Shown here one piece after another: positions 12,301 to 18,626 of a DNA stretch of 36,617 nt. Below the pieces are notes generated by a model, which saw nothing but the letters and a program-made list of their open reading frames with translations, made no database searches and had not been told where the DNA came from. Location: IMG/VR virus record IMGVR_UViG_3300043823_000212, positions 1 through 36,617 of that record, one strand, 5' to 3'. The position numbers and the translations under genes are program-made. Position 1 is the first letter of the stretch, and each line of letters starts with the position of its first letter. This stretch comes from a virus. Its lineage: Duplodnaviria; Caudoviricetes.

Positions 12301-12417
12301 AATCAAAACAAGACTCCAGAACAGCGTAGAGATGAGATTAATAAGCTAGAGAAGCAATTAGATGCTGTAGCTCGTCAAGGGTATCAGGTTGCTAAATCAG
12401 CGGGTATTGAGCGTTAA
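6358..12417 (+). CDS. Large polyvalent ejected protein: two ART-PolyVal-like domains, zincin metallopeptidase, C-terminal LPD38-like region
   Basis: YHGS...IKNPL...GYDSV and FKKWFG...LYHAT...IQNPL...GYDGI...NQVKSAIGNTGAF blocks; HEALH...EEAIA zincin motif; INFAARG...IPF...FIRIPIPFEVG C-terminal pattern. Confidence 0.75.
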   Translation: MANYFDQFDASQGGNYFDQFDASKQEQETSPLTGSAKASIESMKSDMYALAGRTGLMDVEEAEKQAKEHAEKSKQIYKPTEQGWTEAPLTKVKELFGGSIPYMALPFVAGAAATVAPEAAIAGGLLTTADLAAGAMGVAQFTGSNLSRQMDTGKHLAQTNLLASGAAAVPQAALDVVGFHMIPGVRKIFGEAGMKITEKEAENVAKTGIQSIVGKTLEYGGQAAKTAGIEGLNEAGQQVFERLQAGLDLTDAEARQEYFDNFLGGAVLGSVLAVPGHAIEKLGQPKLQTPAQPAEQQPQGIVQANQPTAAPVTQAGLGEVNPIPKIPEITTTPTGQLTPVATPPATAAPVAPTQAPQAQPAPQAQPAVQPIATPAPKPAEAKKELVYHGSNAIVDVPDLNMSGKVSKIPEEGKAFWVTRNKESAKGFAQLADGNTINEYQMQIKNPLMVDVPVRDYISGQYAKTKVDMLNKARSEGYDSVVFKQAGQGEKLVPDEIAVVDPSILSSTRNTSTEAKSPTVGEQTQAALKDLYKQQSKLSNQKDDLNVFLRKVKINTKDREDMGIPSHEAKYYPGVFKNDAQRLDVLMNDAIGKGIISEADLAHEPDPVEAFRQMAKDAISGSIAKTPQNLSNAAQIQSIQDKIDQLESIPKEQYGLKAETAEESQARIAQEEADRRAQEHADIQAEMDALAQREKDEIAQRSVQQAGTFQLGQTPMESLTGQQRLGQDDDIPFERQAANHTPQFTGDAEALGQTLRSSLNKMGLGNVGLQLSDSLRARVNGQMENVNGAYLDNMIALSLNGDDIHRTMNHEALHAMKDLGFFNNQDWQTLRDKAVSDWMKQYKIQDDYGHLPLDLQHEEAIAKAFADYKTQPPAIKSIMRRIIDALKRIGNVLRGKGYRNAEDIFKSAAEGKLKPTKTASAQAKFERTPAFKKWFGNSKITNEDGSPKVLYHATAKDLSILKPGGFDVTMSGPAIWMSDKADIQPAAHNIGSRTQAFREGANVMPLYAKIQNPLVLDDDTMLNWARESFANGSKEFPEMMPKQWADAVKSEGYDGIIYSTTDPNNKPYNEIIAFNSNQVKSAIGNTGAFSPENADIRFEINKTTENLTKLKETQKAGKVVSDAAKGVFNNIQNDDYRTSLRVAWIDKNSGLAKDLASQPTFDMHGQLRADMLARVQDQMTNLINTGLQSGTPTVNSDGTLGIDRSENNLARSQILADQLDGKIFKDGKALSGRQAIAEVARILRGRDIITEDKARNAQGVQQLEQAKALTKELKRLQKEAEGKLSVKKTKEFLNAIKYLREEGYKNRDLKRELQVTPAQIKWAEEQVKNSQVKEVLDIWRNVNHSLVNLWEEVGLFTKDQADEYRSRDTYVPLFKSIEDLENGVNGGYGGSGVKSVKAVKALRGSEAVRNLWENMDRHYASMIAAAYQNQTRKVATNQLKALGAAEVVAHDNPDVNLRYRDPTDPNADAKGIVSAVIFNPNTLAAFQMMHYELGPVLKAFSATTKVLRAGALINPMYWIKQLIRDPIHATLVANSGIVTPFHAIGDYVNILRSDSPEARILAERGVIGQIDSTVDIHDFLKHVGKERQETGFLSKAKHKIMQMHEASDAATRVSIYKKAFKEATAQGMNKDQATNYAVHKARESINFAARGNSKTLNTIRHCIPFVSAQLTSLDSVYRAMFAHHLSGAEREEAKRAFRNMALTMTAMSLAYAWMYSGDDDYNKVPDTVKDNNWLMPNPFDKGSFIRIPIPFEVGYMFKVLPEAGARFLMGNSTGREVLKSYAIGLTNNIPGWSGGGTGLPQGLRPIWETVANYSTFTGRPIEGMSDQGKPVEFRGEKATETARLLSHYGLKHLGLSPAKIDNLIQGYFAELGTISNQVASRAISEAEGKPMPAMNIEEMPFFRTFMTNPNSSKAVADFYELDHNAGQLYTEFNALKKAGQGAQAKELLSDEQNKKMIAAAPILRRIQTQMTNIHAAINQVQANQNKTPEQRRDEINKLEKQLDAVARQGYQVAKSAGIER

Positions 12418-12690
12418 GAGATCATTCTCAAAGAGCCATCCAATAGTCTTACGATGCGCCTCTTCCCAGATCTCTATGCGCTCTTGCTTGGAAAGCTTAT
12501 ATCCTTGGTCAATCTCGAAGTGACAGGCATGGCAAAGCGCCGCAACTCTATAGTCGTGGGCTTTGATTCCCTTTCCTTTTCCATCTCTAAGTTGATTCGA
12601 GTGAGCTGCCACGATTGTGCCGTCAATCCGACCACAGTGCTGGCATGGGGATTTGTGTAAAACATCCAGTAACTTCCTGTTCCTATACAT
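12397..12690 (-). CDS. DUF1364/Ref-like HNH-type Zn-binding nuclease
   Basis: PCQHCG...VAAHSN...GKGIKAHD...LCHACH..ID pattern. Confidence 0.7.
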   Translation of the reverse strand: MYRNRKLLDVLHKSPCQHCGRIDGTIVAAHSNQLRDGKGKGIKAHDYRVAALCHACHFEIDQGYKLSKQERIEIWEEAHRKTIGWLFENDLLTLNTR

Positions 12691-12742
12691 TTATTTTTTT
12701 TAGTGTTATGATCGAGCGCATTATACAACACACGGAGGAAAC

Positions 12743-13705
12743 GTGAGTAATTACTACCTGACAGATGACCAGTTCATCGAAGAGTGGTTGAAGATTGGCA
12801 GCCCAGAATTGTTTTCAAAAAAGCATGGGCTTGGTGTTAGAGCGGTCTATAACAGACGCAGAGCTATTGAAGCACGGCATCGTATTGAACTTCCTACACG
12901 AGTAGATACCAGATTAAATCCTCTTAAGAAACTCCAGCAAACACCGGGCCATGCGAGACGTGGTATTGATATGGAGAAAGGCCGTGTCATCGTATTCTCA
13001 GATGCGCATTTTTGGCCGGGTGATTACACCACAGCATTCAAGGCATTACTCATCATGATTAAAGAGTTCAAGCCTAAAGTAGTCGTAGCAAACGGGGACG
13101 TATTTGATGGCTCACAAGCATCACGCCACGCTCGTATCGGATGGGAGAAGACCCCTACAGTCAAAGAAGAGCTAGAAGCCTGTCAGGAGTTCTTAGCTGA
13201 GATTGAAAGGGTATCTAAAGGGGCAGAGCTTATCTGGACTCTTGGAAACCATGACGCTCGTTTTGAGACCTTCCTATCGGCTCAGACTGGTATGTATGAG
13301 GGAGTATCAGGGTTTACCCTTAAAGATCACTTCCCAATGTGGAAACCTTGTTGGTCATATTGGGTTAATGAAGATACCTGTATTAAACATCGTTGGAAGG
13401 GTGGCTTTGGGGCAGGTCGTGCCAATGCCCTTAATTCGGGCGTAAACATGGTTACAGGCCACACACACAACTTGGCAGTACAACCCCTTACCGATTACAA
13501 CGGAACGCGCTATGGCATCCAAACAGGCACTCTAGCGGATCCTCATGGAGAACAATTCATTGCGTATACTGAGGATTCCCCAAAAGACTGGAGATCAGGG
13601 TTTGTACTAATGTCCTACGAAGAGGGTAGACTTATGCTTCCAGAGCTGATTCAGGTATGCGATGATGAGCGCTTCGAATTTAGAGGGTGTTTAAATAGAG
13701 TATGA
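12743..13705 (+). CDS. Calcineurin-like metallophosphoesterase
   Basis: SDAH, NGDVFD, GNHD and GHTH motifs; GGAGG SD before the GTG start. Confidence 0.85.
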   Translation: MSNYYLTDDQFIEEWLKIGSPELFSKKHGLGVRAVYNRRRAIEARHRIELPTRVDTRLNPLKKLQQTPGHARRGIDMEKGRVIVFSDAHFWPGDYTTAFKALLIMIKEFKPKVVVANGDVFDGSQASRHARIGWEKTPTVKEELEACQEFLAEIERVSKGAELIWTLGNHDARFETFLSAQTGMYEGVSGFTLKDHFPMWKPCWSYWVNEDTCIKHRWKGGFGAGRANALNSGVNMVTGHTHNLAVQPLTDYNGTRYGIQTGTLADPHGEQFIAYTEDSPKDWRSGFVLMSYEEGRLMLPELIQVCDDERFEFRGCLNRV

Positions 13706-14049
13706 AACTTAGTCCAGCCATCTTAAAGAACTTATACAGTGCTATTTACTGTATGAAACCGTTTGATCGCTGGCATATGCCGTTACCTGAAGAGATTAAC
13801 TTTGTAGTAGATCAAGACCCAGAGGTTATGGGTACTTATTACTATGATGATGGAGGCGAATATGAGCACATCATTACTATTTCGTCACTAAAGTGCGGGC
13901 ATCTCTCTACAGTAATTAGAGTACTTTGCCATGAATGCGTCCACATGAGTAGACATAAGACGCACCGCTGGACACATCACGATGCAGAGTTTAGAAGGCG
14001 GACCAAAGTCATCTCCGAAGAGCTGGGCTTCGATCCGCTCGAACTTTAA
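13702..14049 (+). CDS. SprT-like zinc metalloprotease domain protein
   Basis: HECVH followed by H-DAEF; ATGA-coupled to the phosphoesterase. Confidence 0.7.
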   Translation: MKLSPAILKNLYSAIYCMKPFDRWHMPLPEEINFVVDQDPEVMGTYYYDDGGEYEHIITISSLKCGHLSTVIRVLCHECVHMSRHKTHRWTHHDAEFRRRTKVISEELGFDPLEL

Positions 14050-14199
14050 TTACTTAGCTTTAGCTGTTTTAAAGAATTCTTTAGTGCTAGACAAAACTGC
14101 GTTCATCCAGAACTCGTTTACTTCTTTGATGCGCTCGCCTAATTCTTCGAACTTCTCAACTGTTTCTTTGTATTGCTTCTCAAAATTACCGTAGATCAT
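14050..14199 (-). CDS. 49-aa amphipathic helical protein (possible mini-phasin)
   Basis: MIYGNFEKQYKETVEKFEELGERIKEVNEFWMNAVLSSTKEFFKTAKAK; AAAGG SD upstream of ATG at 14199; has its own promoter. Gene is likely, function is inferred. Confidence 0.5.
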   Translation of the reverse strand: MIYGNFEKQYKETVEKFEELGERIKEVNEFWMNAVLSSTKEFFKTAKAK

Positions 14200-14256
14200 A
14201 ATGCGCCTTTCTTTACAATGATGTATCCCAAACTTTACAATTCGGGGCTTTTGTAA

Positions 14257-14287
14257 AGTATACACTACTTTTGCTGCAGTGCAACAA
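14257..14287 (-). promoter_or_regulatory. Sigma70-like promoter (TTGCAC-16-TATACT) overlapped by a 17-bp palindromic operator
   Basis: -35 at 14284-14279, -10 at 14262-14257; TTGCTGCAGTGCAACAA imperfect palindrome at 14271-14287. Confidence 0.6.
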
Positions 14288-14530
14288 TTATTTTTGTATA
14301 ATTACGCCTATCTTAAGCCCGTCATTTATAAACCTAATACCATTGTTTTCAAGCATTTTGATCTGTTCTACTATAGATTCATACTTTGGACTAGCATTAT
14401 GTAATTCTTGCCTTTTAATTGTTGCAACGTGCACGTTACACTCTTGTGCAAAACGCTCTTGATTCCATTTCAGCATTTTTCTAGCGAGCGTAATTTGCTC
14501 AATCGTTGGCAGCAATTCATGCAATTTCAT
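14288..14530 (-). CDS. XRE-family HTH regulator (paralog 3)
   Basis: EQITLARKMLKWNQERFA...VHVATIKRQE...GIRFI. Confidence 0.8.
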   Translation of the reverse strand: MKLHELLPTIEQITLARKMLKWNQERFAQECNVHVATIKRQELHNASPKYESIVEQIKMLENNGIRFINDGLKIGVIIQK

Positions 14531-14775
14531 GATTTAATTTTTAAAGTGATTCCAATTTCTTTATCACCCATAATAAAATGTACTCCGGAATCTTTAAATG
14601 CATGAATAATTTTATCCATTGAATTGACTCGTGGATTTCGTGATCCTTGCTCAATTCTTGCTATAGATGCAGTAGCCATTGAAGTTTTGTTAGCTAAATC
14701 AGCTTGCGACCAATCGAGTAATACTCTTGCAGCTGCAATTTGTTTTCCAGATGGAAAGTAACTAATTTTGTTCAT
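14527..14775 (-). CDS. XRE-family HTH regulator (paralog 2)
   Basis: KQIAAARVLLDWSQADLA...SIARIEQG...GVHFI. Confidence 0.9.
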   Translation of the reverse strand: MNKISYFPSGKQIAAARVLLDWSQADLANKTSMATASIARIEQGSRNPRVNSMDKIIHAFKDSGVHFIMGDKEIGITLKIKS

Positions 14776-15013
14776 TATTTCTCCTTAAAAATACACCTTC
14801 ACCTTTTTTCTTGTTAATTAATTTAATGTTTAATCTTTTAAAGGTTTGGCTAATCTTCTCAATTGTTATAGGCCTTATGTATTTGCAGCTTTCCATCTCC
14901 AGATTCATAATGGTTTGTCTATTTAGGCCACATTCCTCAGCAAAATCCCCTTGAGTAAACCCCAATAAACCCCTTGCAGCAGCGATCTGTTTTCCTGATA
15001 TTGTCTGTTTCAT
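14762..15013 (-). CDS. XRE-family HTH regulator (paralog 1)
   Basis: KQIAAARGLLGFTQGDFA...NRQTIMNLE. Confidence 0.85.
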   Translation of the reverse strand: MKQTISGKQIAAARGLLGFTQGDFAEECGLNRQTIMNLEMESCKYIRPITIEKISQTFKRLNIKLINKKKGEGVFLRRNNEQN

Positions 15014-15156
15014 TTTGCCGCCATCATATAAAGACCCACATTACCAATAGCATAACCAAAGTAGCAAATAGCCATGCCAAGGTTGCCTTTGAGACCCTGC
15101 TCAAGTGATACGTAAACATATGCCACCCCCGTTACCATGATTAACCAGCTGCTCAT
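15010..15156 (-). CDS. 48-aa membrane protein
   Basis: Read by hand: MSSWLIMVTGVAYVYVSLEQGLKGNLGMAICYFGYAIGNVGLYMMAAK; ATGA overlaps at both ends. Confidence 0.65.
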   Translation of the reverse strand: MSSWLIMVTGVAYVYVSLEQGLKGNLGMAICYFGYAIGNVGLYMMAAK

Positions 15157-15341
15157 GCTTTAGCCAGCCTCTTACGCATTTTGACGCCAGCCTTAGCGTT
15201 CTTATCCATTTCGATAGCCTGCTTTAATAATGACAATAATCCCTCTTGAACGAGCATTCCTAGACCTTCCTTGTCAAAAGTGACTGTAGCATCAGCAGAA
15301 CCGTCTTTATTCTCTTTAACTATCTTTACCTCTATCTTCAT
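15153..15341 (-). CDS. Hypothetical protein
   Basis: ATGA-coupled ORF in the leftward operon. Confidence 0.7.
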   Translation of the reverse strand: MKIEVKIVKENKDGSADATVTFDKEGLGMLVQEGLLSLLKQAIEMDKNAKAGVKMRKRLAKA

Positions 15342-15550
15342 ACCTTTTCTCCATTAAAATGCAATACGGGCTTTTCTAGCGCTTCTAGAGCCCATTGCAG
15401 GAACTGTTTGATATCTTCCCTATCCTCGCCGCCCATCGTGGCTATACAGTGGCCTAGAGGCTTTCCTATTTCATTGTAATAAACCTCACGAATTTCTACA
15501 TAGGGAATATCATTTTCCGACAGATCAACTAATCTAAGGTTCCAAGTCAT
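15338..15550 (-). CDS. Hypothetical phage protein
   Basis: MTWNLR...IREVYY...ALEKPVL pattern; coupled to neighbours. Confidence 0.7.
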   Translation of the reverse strand: MTWNLRLVDLSENDIPYVEIREVYYNEIGKPLGHCIATMGGEDREDIKQFLQWALEALEKPVLHFNGEKV

Positions 15551-15729
15551 GGCTTCCTCCTTGTACGCTTCTTAATCGCCACAATCCCTTCTTCCGGTTC
15601 TGGATTCCTGCCTTTTAACATGGCATCAGCTACCATCCATGCCTTAGTGATGTCCAGATCATCACCTCTAATAATTAACCCAACCATCGCTAGCATAGCG
15701 CAGGCATCCCGAAAATCCTCTTCATTCAT
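15547..15729 (-). CDS. Hypothetical phage protein
   Basis: RD..A.LAM.G...AW.VADAML pattern; coupled. Confidence 0.7.
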   Translation of the reverse strand: MNEEDFRDACAMLAMVGLIIRGDDLDITKAWMVADAMLKGRNPEPEEGIVAIKKRTRRKP

Positions 15730-15965
15730 TGTATTGTTACTCCATCTGCTGGTTTAGCATTAATTGATTGTCCATCGTACATATTCTCACAGTTCATCAG
15801 GAACACTTTTTTATCCATCTCCATATCATCGCTTATTCTGACGGCGATAAACAGCGTAGCAATGAGTGCGTCTACATTGCTAGCGCCGATCTCCTCAAGG
15901 ATATCTCCTATTGCATCAACGATGTCATGGACTTTTTCATAGTCCTGTTCCGTAATACTGTACAT
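15726..15965 (-). CDS. Hypothetical acidic protein
   Basis: Coupled ORF. Confidence 0.65.
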   Translation of the reverse strand: MYSITEQDYEKVHDIVDAIGDILEEIGASNVDALIATLFIAVRISDDMEMDKKVFLMNCENMYDGQSINAKPADGVTIQ

Positions 15966-16252
15966 TACATTTCCATTCCCTTAAGCTCATCAGCCACAAT
16001 GGTATCAATATATTTACCTTTATAGGCAATATCTTTGATTCCAGCGATATTGGGTAAGGCTTTAATGATATCCCGAATAGCCTGATTGTAGCCAGACGTA
16101 AACGGGGTTCTGTCCTTATTTAAAGCCATATCAATACCGGATCTAATAATGGAAGATGCTTGACCCTTCTTGGCTGCTTCAACCAACTGTGCATGCTGGT
16201 CTCGTTCCAAGTAAACGCTGTAAGGGATCATGTTTCTTTTTACTTTTTCCAT
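15965..16252 (-). CDS. Hypothetical protein, possible ribbon-helix-helix DNA binder
   Basis: YSVYL strand followed by two helices (ASSIIRSGID). Confidence 0.55.
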   Translation of the reverse strand: MEKVKRNMIPYSVYLERDQHAQLVEAAKKGQASSIIRSGIDMALNKDRTPFTSGYNQAIRDIIKALPNIAGIKDIAYKGKYIDTIVADELKGMEM

Positions 16253-16656
16253 TCATCGAACTCTTCTTTAAATTTTAAGAATGCTTCACGGGCTTTTTCA
16301 TTGCTCTTTAGTTCCGCTCTAGAGTCGATCTCGAAGAAATACTTCAACCACTCAGTACACTCTCCTTCGGTCATTACATTCTCATTGCAACGCATGTCAA
16401 TGTATTCCCAAAACAAACGGTCTCGACACAACATGCCAGCCATTGCTACAGCAGGATGATGTTTCCTAAGTTCTTTACGGTCTAAAGGTTCTTCATTATC
16501 TCCTATACGTACCATGACAACTACGTATCGAGAGCCAACAAAGTCACGCATTAAGTCTTCGCTAAGCTCATCTGGGTGAACAGCTAAAGACAGCATATAG
16601 CCATCTTTAGACTGCTTCAATCCAGTTTTAATCGCTTCAAACTGAATGTTTTCCAT
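16240..16656 (-). CDS. Hypothetical phage protein
   Basis: 138 aa; AGMLCRD..FW...IDSRAEL pattern; operon context. Confidence 0.7.
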   Translation of the reverse strand: MENIQFEAIKTGLKQSKDGYMLSLAVHPDELSEDLMRDFVGSRYVVVMVRIGDNEEPLDRKELRKHHPAVAMAGMLCRDRLFWEYIDMRCNENVMTEGECTEWLKYFFEIDSRAELKSNEKAREAFLKFKEEFDEWKK

Positions 16657-16771
16657 TATTTATTCCTAGTCTAACCTCTAGATAAGTAATTAATACTGTT
16701 AAATGCTCCACTAATTTTTCTAGTGATTCGCATTGCTCCTTATAATATTTAAGGTCTTTCTTTTTAGTCAT
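16637..16771 (-). CDS. 44-aa hypothetical protein
   Basis: Read by hand (MTKKKDLKYY...GKHSV); fills the gap between neighbours. Confidence 0.5.
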   Translation of the reverse strand: MTKKKDLKYYKEQCESLEKLVEHLTVLITYLEVRLGINNGKHSV

Positions 16772-17024
16772 CGAATGGCATCCTTTCTGCTTTCTTGGCC
16801 TCTGGCTTCCAAGTATTTACCTTGATAGATAGATAAGCATTACCTGTTGAACTCTCACGGTTCCATGCATCAATCTTTACGGTCACAAGACCATTAGACT
16901 CATCCAGCATTTGCTGTAAGTAGTCACGCTCAAACTCGATCTTTCCCCACATATCAGGGGCTTTCTCGTGTTTCTTTTCCTTCGTGTTCCAAAGTGCGCC
17001 TGTGTTTGGATATTCGTTGCTCAT
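16764..17024 (-). CDS. Putative ssDNA-binding protein (DUF736-like)
   Basis: TGALW...APDMWG...AW..S.G..YLSIKV with acidic PF-containing tail; adjacent to the annealase. Confidence 0.65.
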   Translation of the reverse strand: MSNEYPNTGALWNTKEKKHEKAPDMWGKIEFERDYLQQMLDESNGLVTVKIDAWNRESSTGNAYLSIKVNTWKPEAKKAERMPFDD

Positions 17025-17710
17025 GCTGTTCCTTTCAGATCATTCTTAGTTGTTTTAAATAAAGCGAAAATCTCATCGTACTTCTTCTCATCTTTTTCTT
17101 TGAGCTCTTCAAATAGCTTCTTGTTTACCTTGTAGATGTTGTTTACATCATCAGGTTTCTTAGCTAACTTGATAAGCATATTGACGGCCTCAACGGTAGC
17201 AGTAACCCAGTCTTCTGACCTTTCTACTTTCATCTGCCAAGGCTCAGAGTCATCAAAGAACTCTTCTGCTGGAGGAGGAGATTTCTTAGCTGGCGCAGTA
17301 ACTTTCGGAGCTTGTTTAGTCTCCACGTTTGCTGTGACATTCTCACCAAGGTCAGGTGGGACGTCTTCGCCGTTGTAGATGTATAACCCGATACCATGCA
17401 AAGCAATCGCTTTAGCCAAGCATCGTTGCATAGCGGTGTTTACCGCAAACGAGTCCGGCTCCGCAATTGGTTTGTTACGGTAATCCATAACCGGTAATTG
17501 TGCAGTCCGAGCGATATCATTTGAGACCACGGTACAAAACACCATGACAGTACCGTTTCCCCATCTCTGGAACTCCGGATAATACCAATGGGCTTTCGGG
17601 TCAGCGAGTAAGAGCTGGTCAACCGCCCACGCCCACGATAAGTACGTAAGTCCATTTTTCTTCTCCGTGTATTTAGATACGTCAATCTTTCTAAGTTCTT
17701 TAAAATCCAT
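17021..17710 (-). CDS. Sak-type single-strand annealing protein (DUF1071)
   Basis: LTYLSWAWA...LPVMDYRN...NTAMQRCLAKAIALHGIGLYIY.GED. Confidence 0.85.
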   Translation of the reverse strand: MDFKELRKIDVSKYTEKKNGLTYLSWAWAVDQLLLADPKAHWYYPEFQRWGNGTVMVFCTVVSNDIARTAQLPVMDYRNKPIAEPDSFAVNTAMQRCLAKAIALHGIGLYIYNGEDVPPDLGENVTANVETKQAPKVTAPAKKSPPPAEEFFDDSEPWQMKVERSEDWVTATVEAVNMLIKLAKKPDDVNNIYKVNKKLFEELKEKDEKKYDEIFALFKTTKNDLKGTA

Positions 17711-17721
17711 ATAATCCTCTT

Positions 17722-18051
17722 TTATTCAGGTACTGCAGTTGCTTTAATGTGAAAGGCGCTTGCTCCCTTATCAGGATCCTTCTTATACGACAGAAGTTTT
17801 AGATAAGAAGATGTTAAGCATTCCTTAGTTTTGCGATCATACAATGAACCAGTAACGATATCCATTAGGTAAACCCTACTGTGTGTTCGAACCTTTACTG
17901 GCGTCATTAATCTGACAGCGCAATTGAGTTGTGCAAGATAGATTGTATTTTTCTTAATCCAATCTTTCTTACGGTCTTTCTTCGCCCCCAATGGAAAGCA
18001 ATCATTGAACTTAGCAAATGTGTTGTAGTCTTCAAGCACTAATAATTTCAT
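17722..18051 (-). CDS. Hypothetical protein
   Basis: Coupled ORF. Confidence 0.6.
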   Translation of the reverse strand: MKLLVLEDYNTFAKFNDCFPLGAKKDRKKDWIKKNTIYLAQLNCAVRLMTPVKVRTHSRVYLMDIVTGSLYDRKTKECLTSSYLKLLSYKKDPDKGASAFHIKATAVPE

Positions 18052-18266
18052 TTTGGTGCCTCGTTCAAAGCAATTTCCATTAGCTTTTCTGCGTAGTGGA
18101 TGACCTTTCTAATGTCTTCGACTCCACCTTTGTCTCTCCAACGGGAGATATATTTGACAATATTACCTTCAAGGTAGCCGAGTCCATTTTGAGTAATGTA
18201 ATCCCATGGCTGGATAGAATGCTTAGCATAGTGCGTTCCTCCTACTTGATTATCATTTGCGCTCAT
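18048..18266 (-). CDS. DUF3310 (SaV-like / T7 gp1.7-like) protein
   Basis: QVGGTHY...IQPWDYI...GNIVKYISRW..KGG.EDI.K..HY. Confidence 0.85.
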   Translation of the reverse strand: MSANDNQVGGTHYAKHSIQPWDYITQNGLGYLEGNIVKYISRWRDKGGVEDIRKVIHYAEKLMEIALNEAPK

Positions 18267-18477
18267 CTAATCTCTCCACTTTATTAGATTTTGCTAGCAC
18301 CCACTTGTCACCCATCGTATCAATGCAGTCCTGAATAGCTTGCTCATTACGGGCTCGCATTGCTTCAAGTTCTGCATCAGATATGCGACCACAATAAACA
18401 GTATCGTTCACTGGATGCCATTCCTTTTGTTGACCGATAAACTCTTGTTCAAATCTCTTCATTAATTTATTTAACAT
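18253..18477 (-). CDS. Hypothetical protein
   Basis: AGGAGG SD before ATG at 18477. Confidence 0.6.
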   Translation of the reverse strand: MLNKLMKRFEQEFIGQQKEWHPVNDTVYCGRISDAELEAMRARNEQAIQDCIDTMGDKWVLAKSNKVERLDERK

Positions 18478-18485
18478 ATATCCTC

Positions 18486-18626
18486 CTAGGCGCAAGAAAT
18501 TGGCCGAATAGTTCCCTCAGAATCAGTATCCCAACAGCAGATACCACCATTACTATCTCTTACACAACGTTCTGCGGCGTAAGAGTTCACTGCAAACAAC
18601 AATCCGATAATCAATAAGTATTTCAT
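18486..18626 (-). CDS. 46-aa secreted Cys-rich peptide
   Basis: Read by hand: MKYLLIIGLLFAVNSYA-AERCVRDSNGGICCWDTDSEGTIRPISCA; GGAGG SD; ATGA overlap with the exonuclease stop. Confidence 0.65.
   Translation of the reverse strand: MKYLLIIGLLFAVNSYAAERCVRDSNGGICCWDTDSEGTIRPISCA

Noticed and set aside
14425-14438. AACGTGCACGTT palindrome as a third copy of the 65-bp element
   Set aside because: Different core sequence and no IHF match at the conserved spacing
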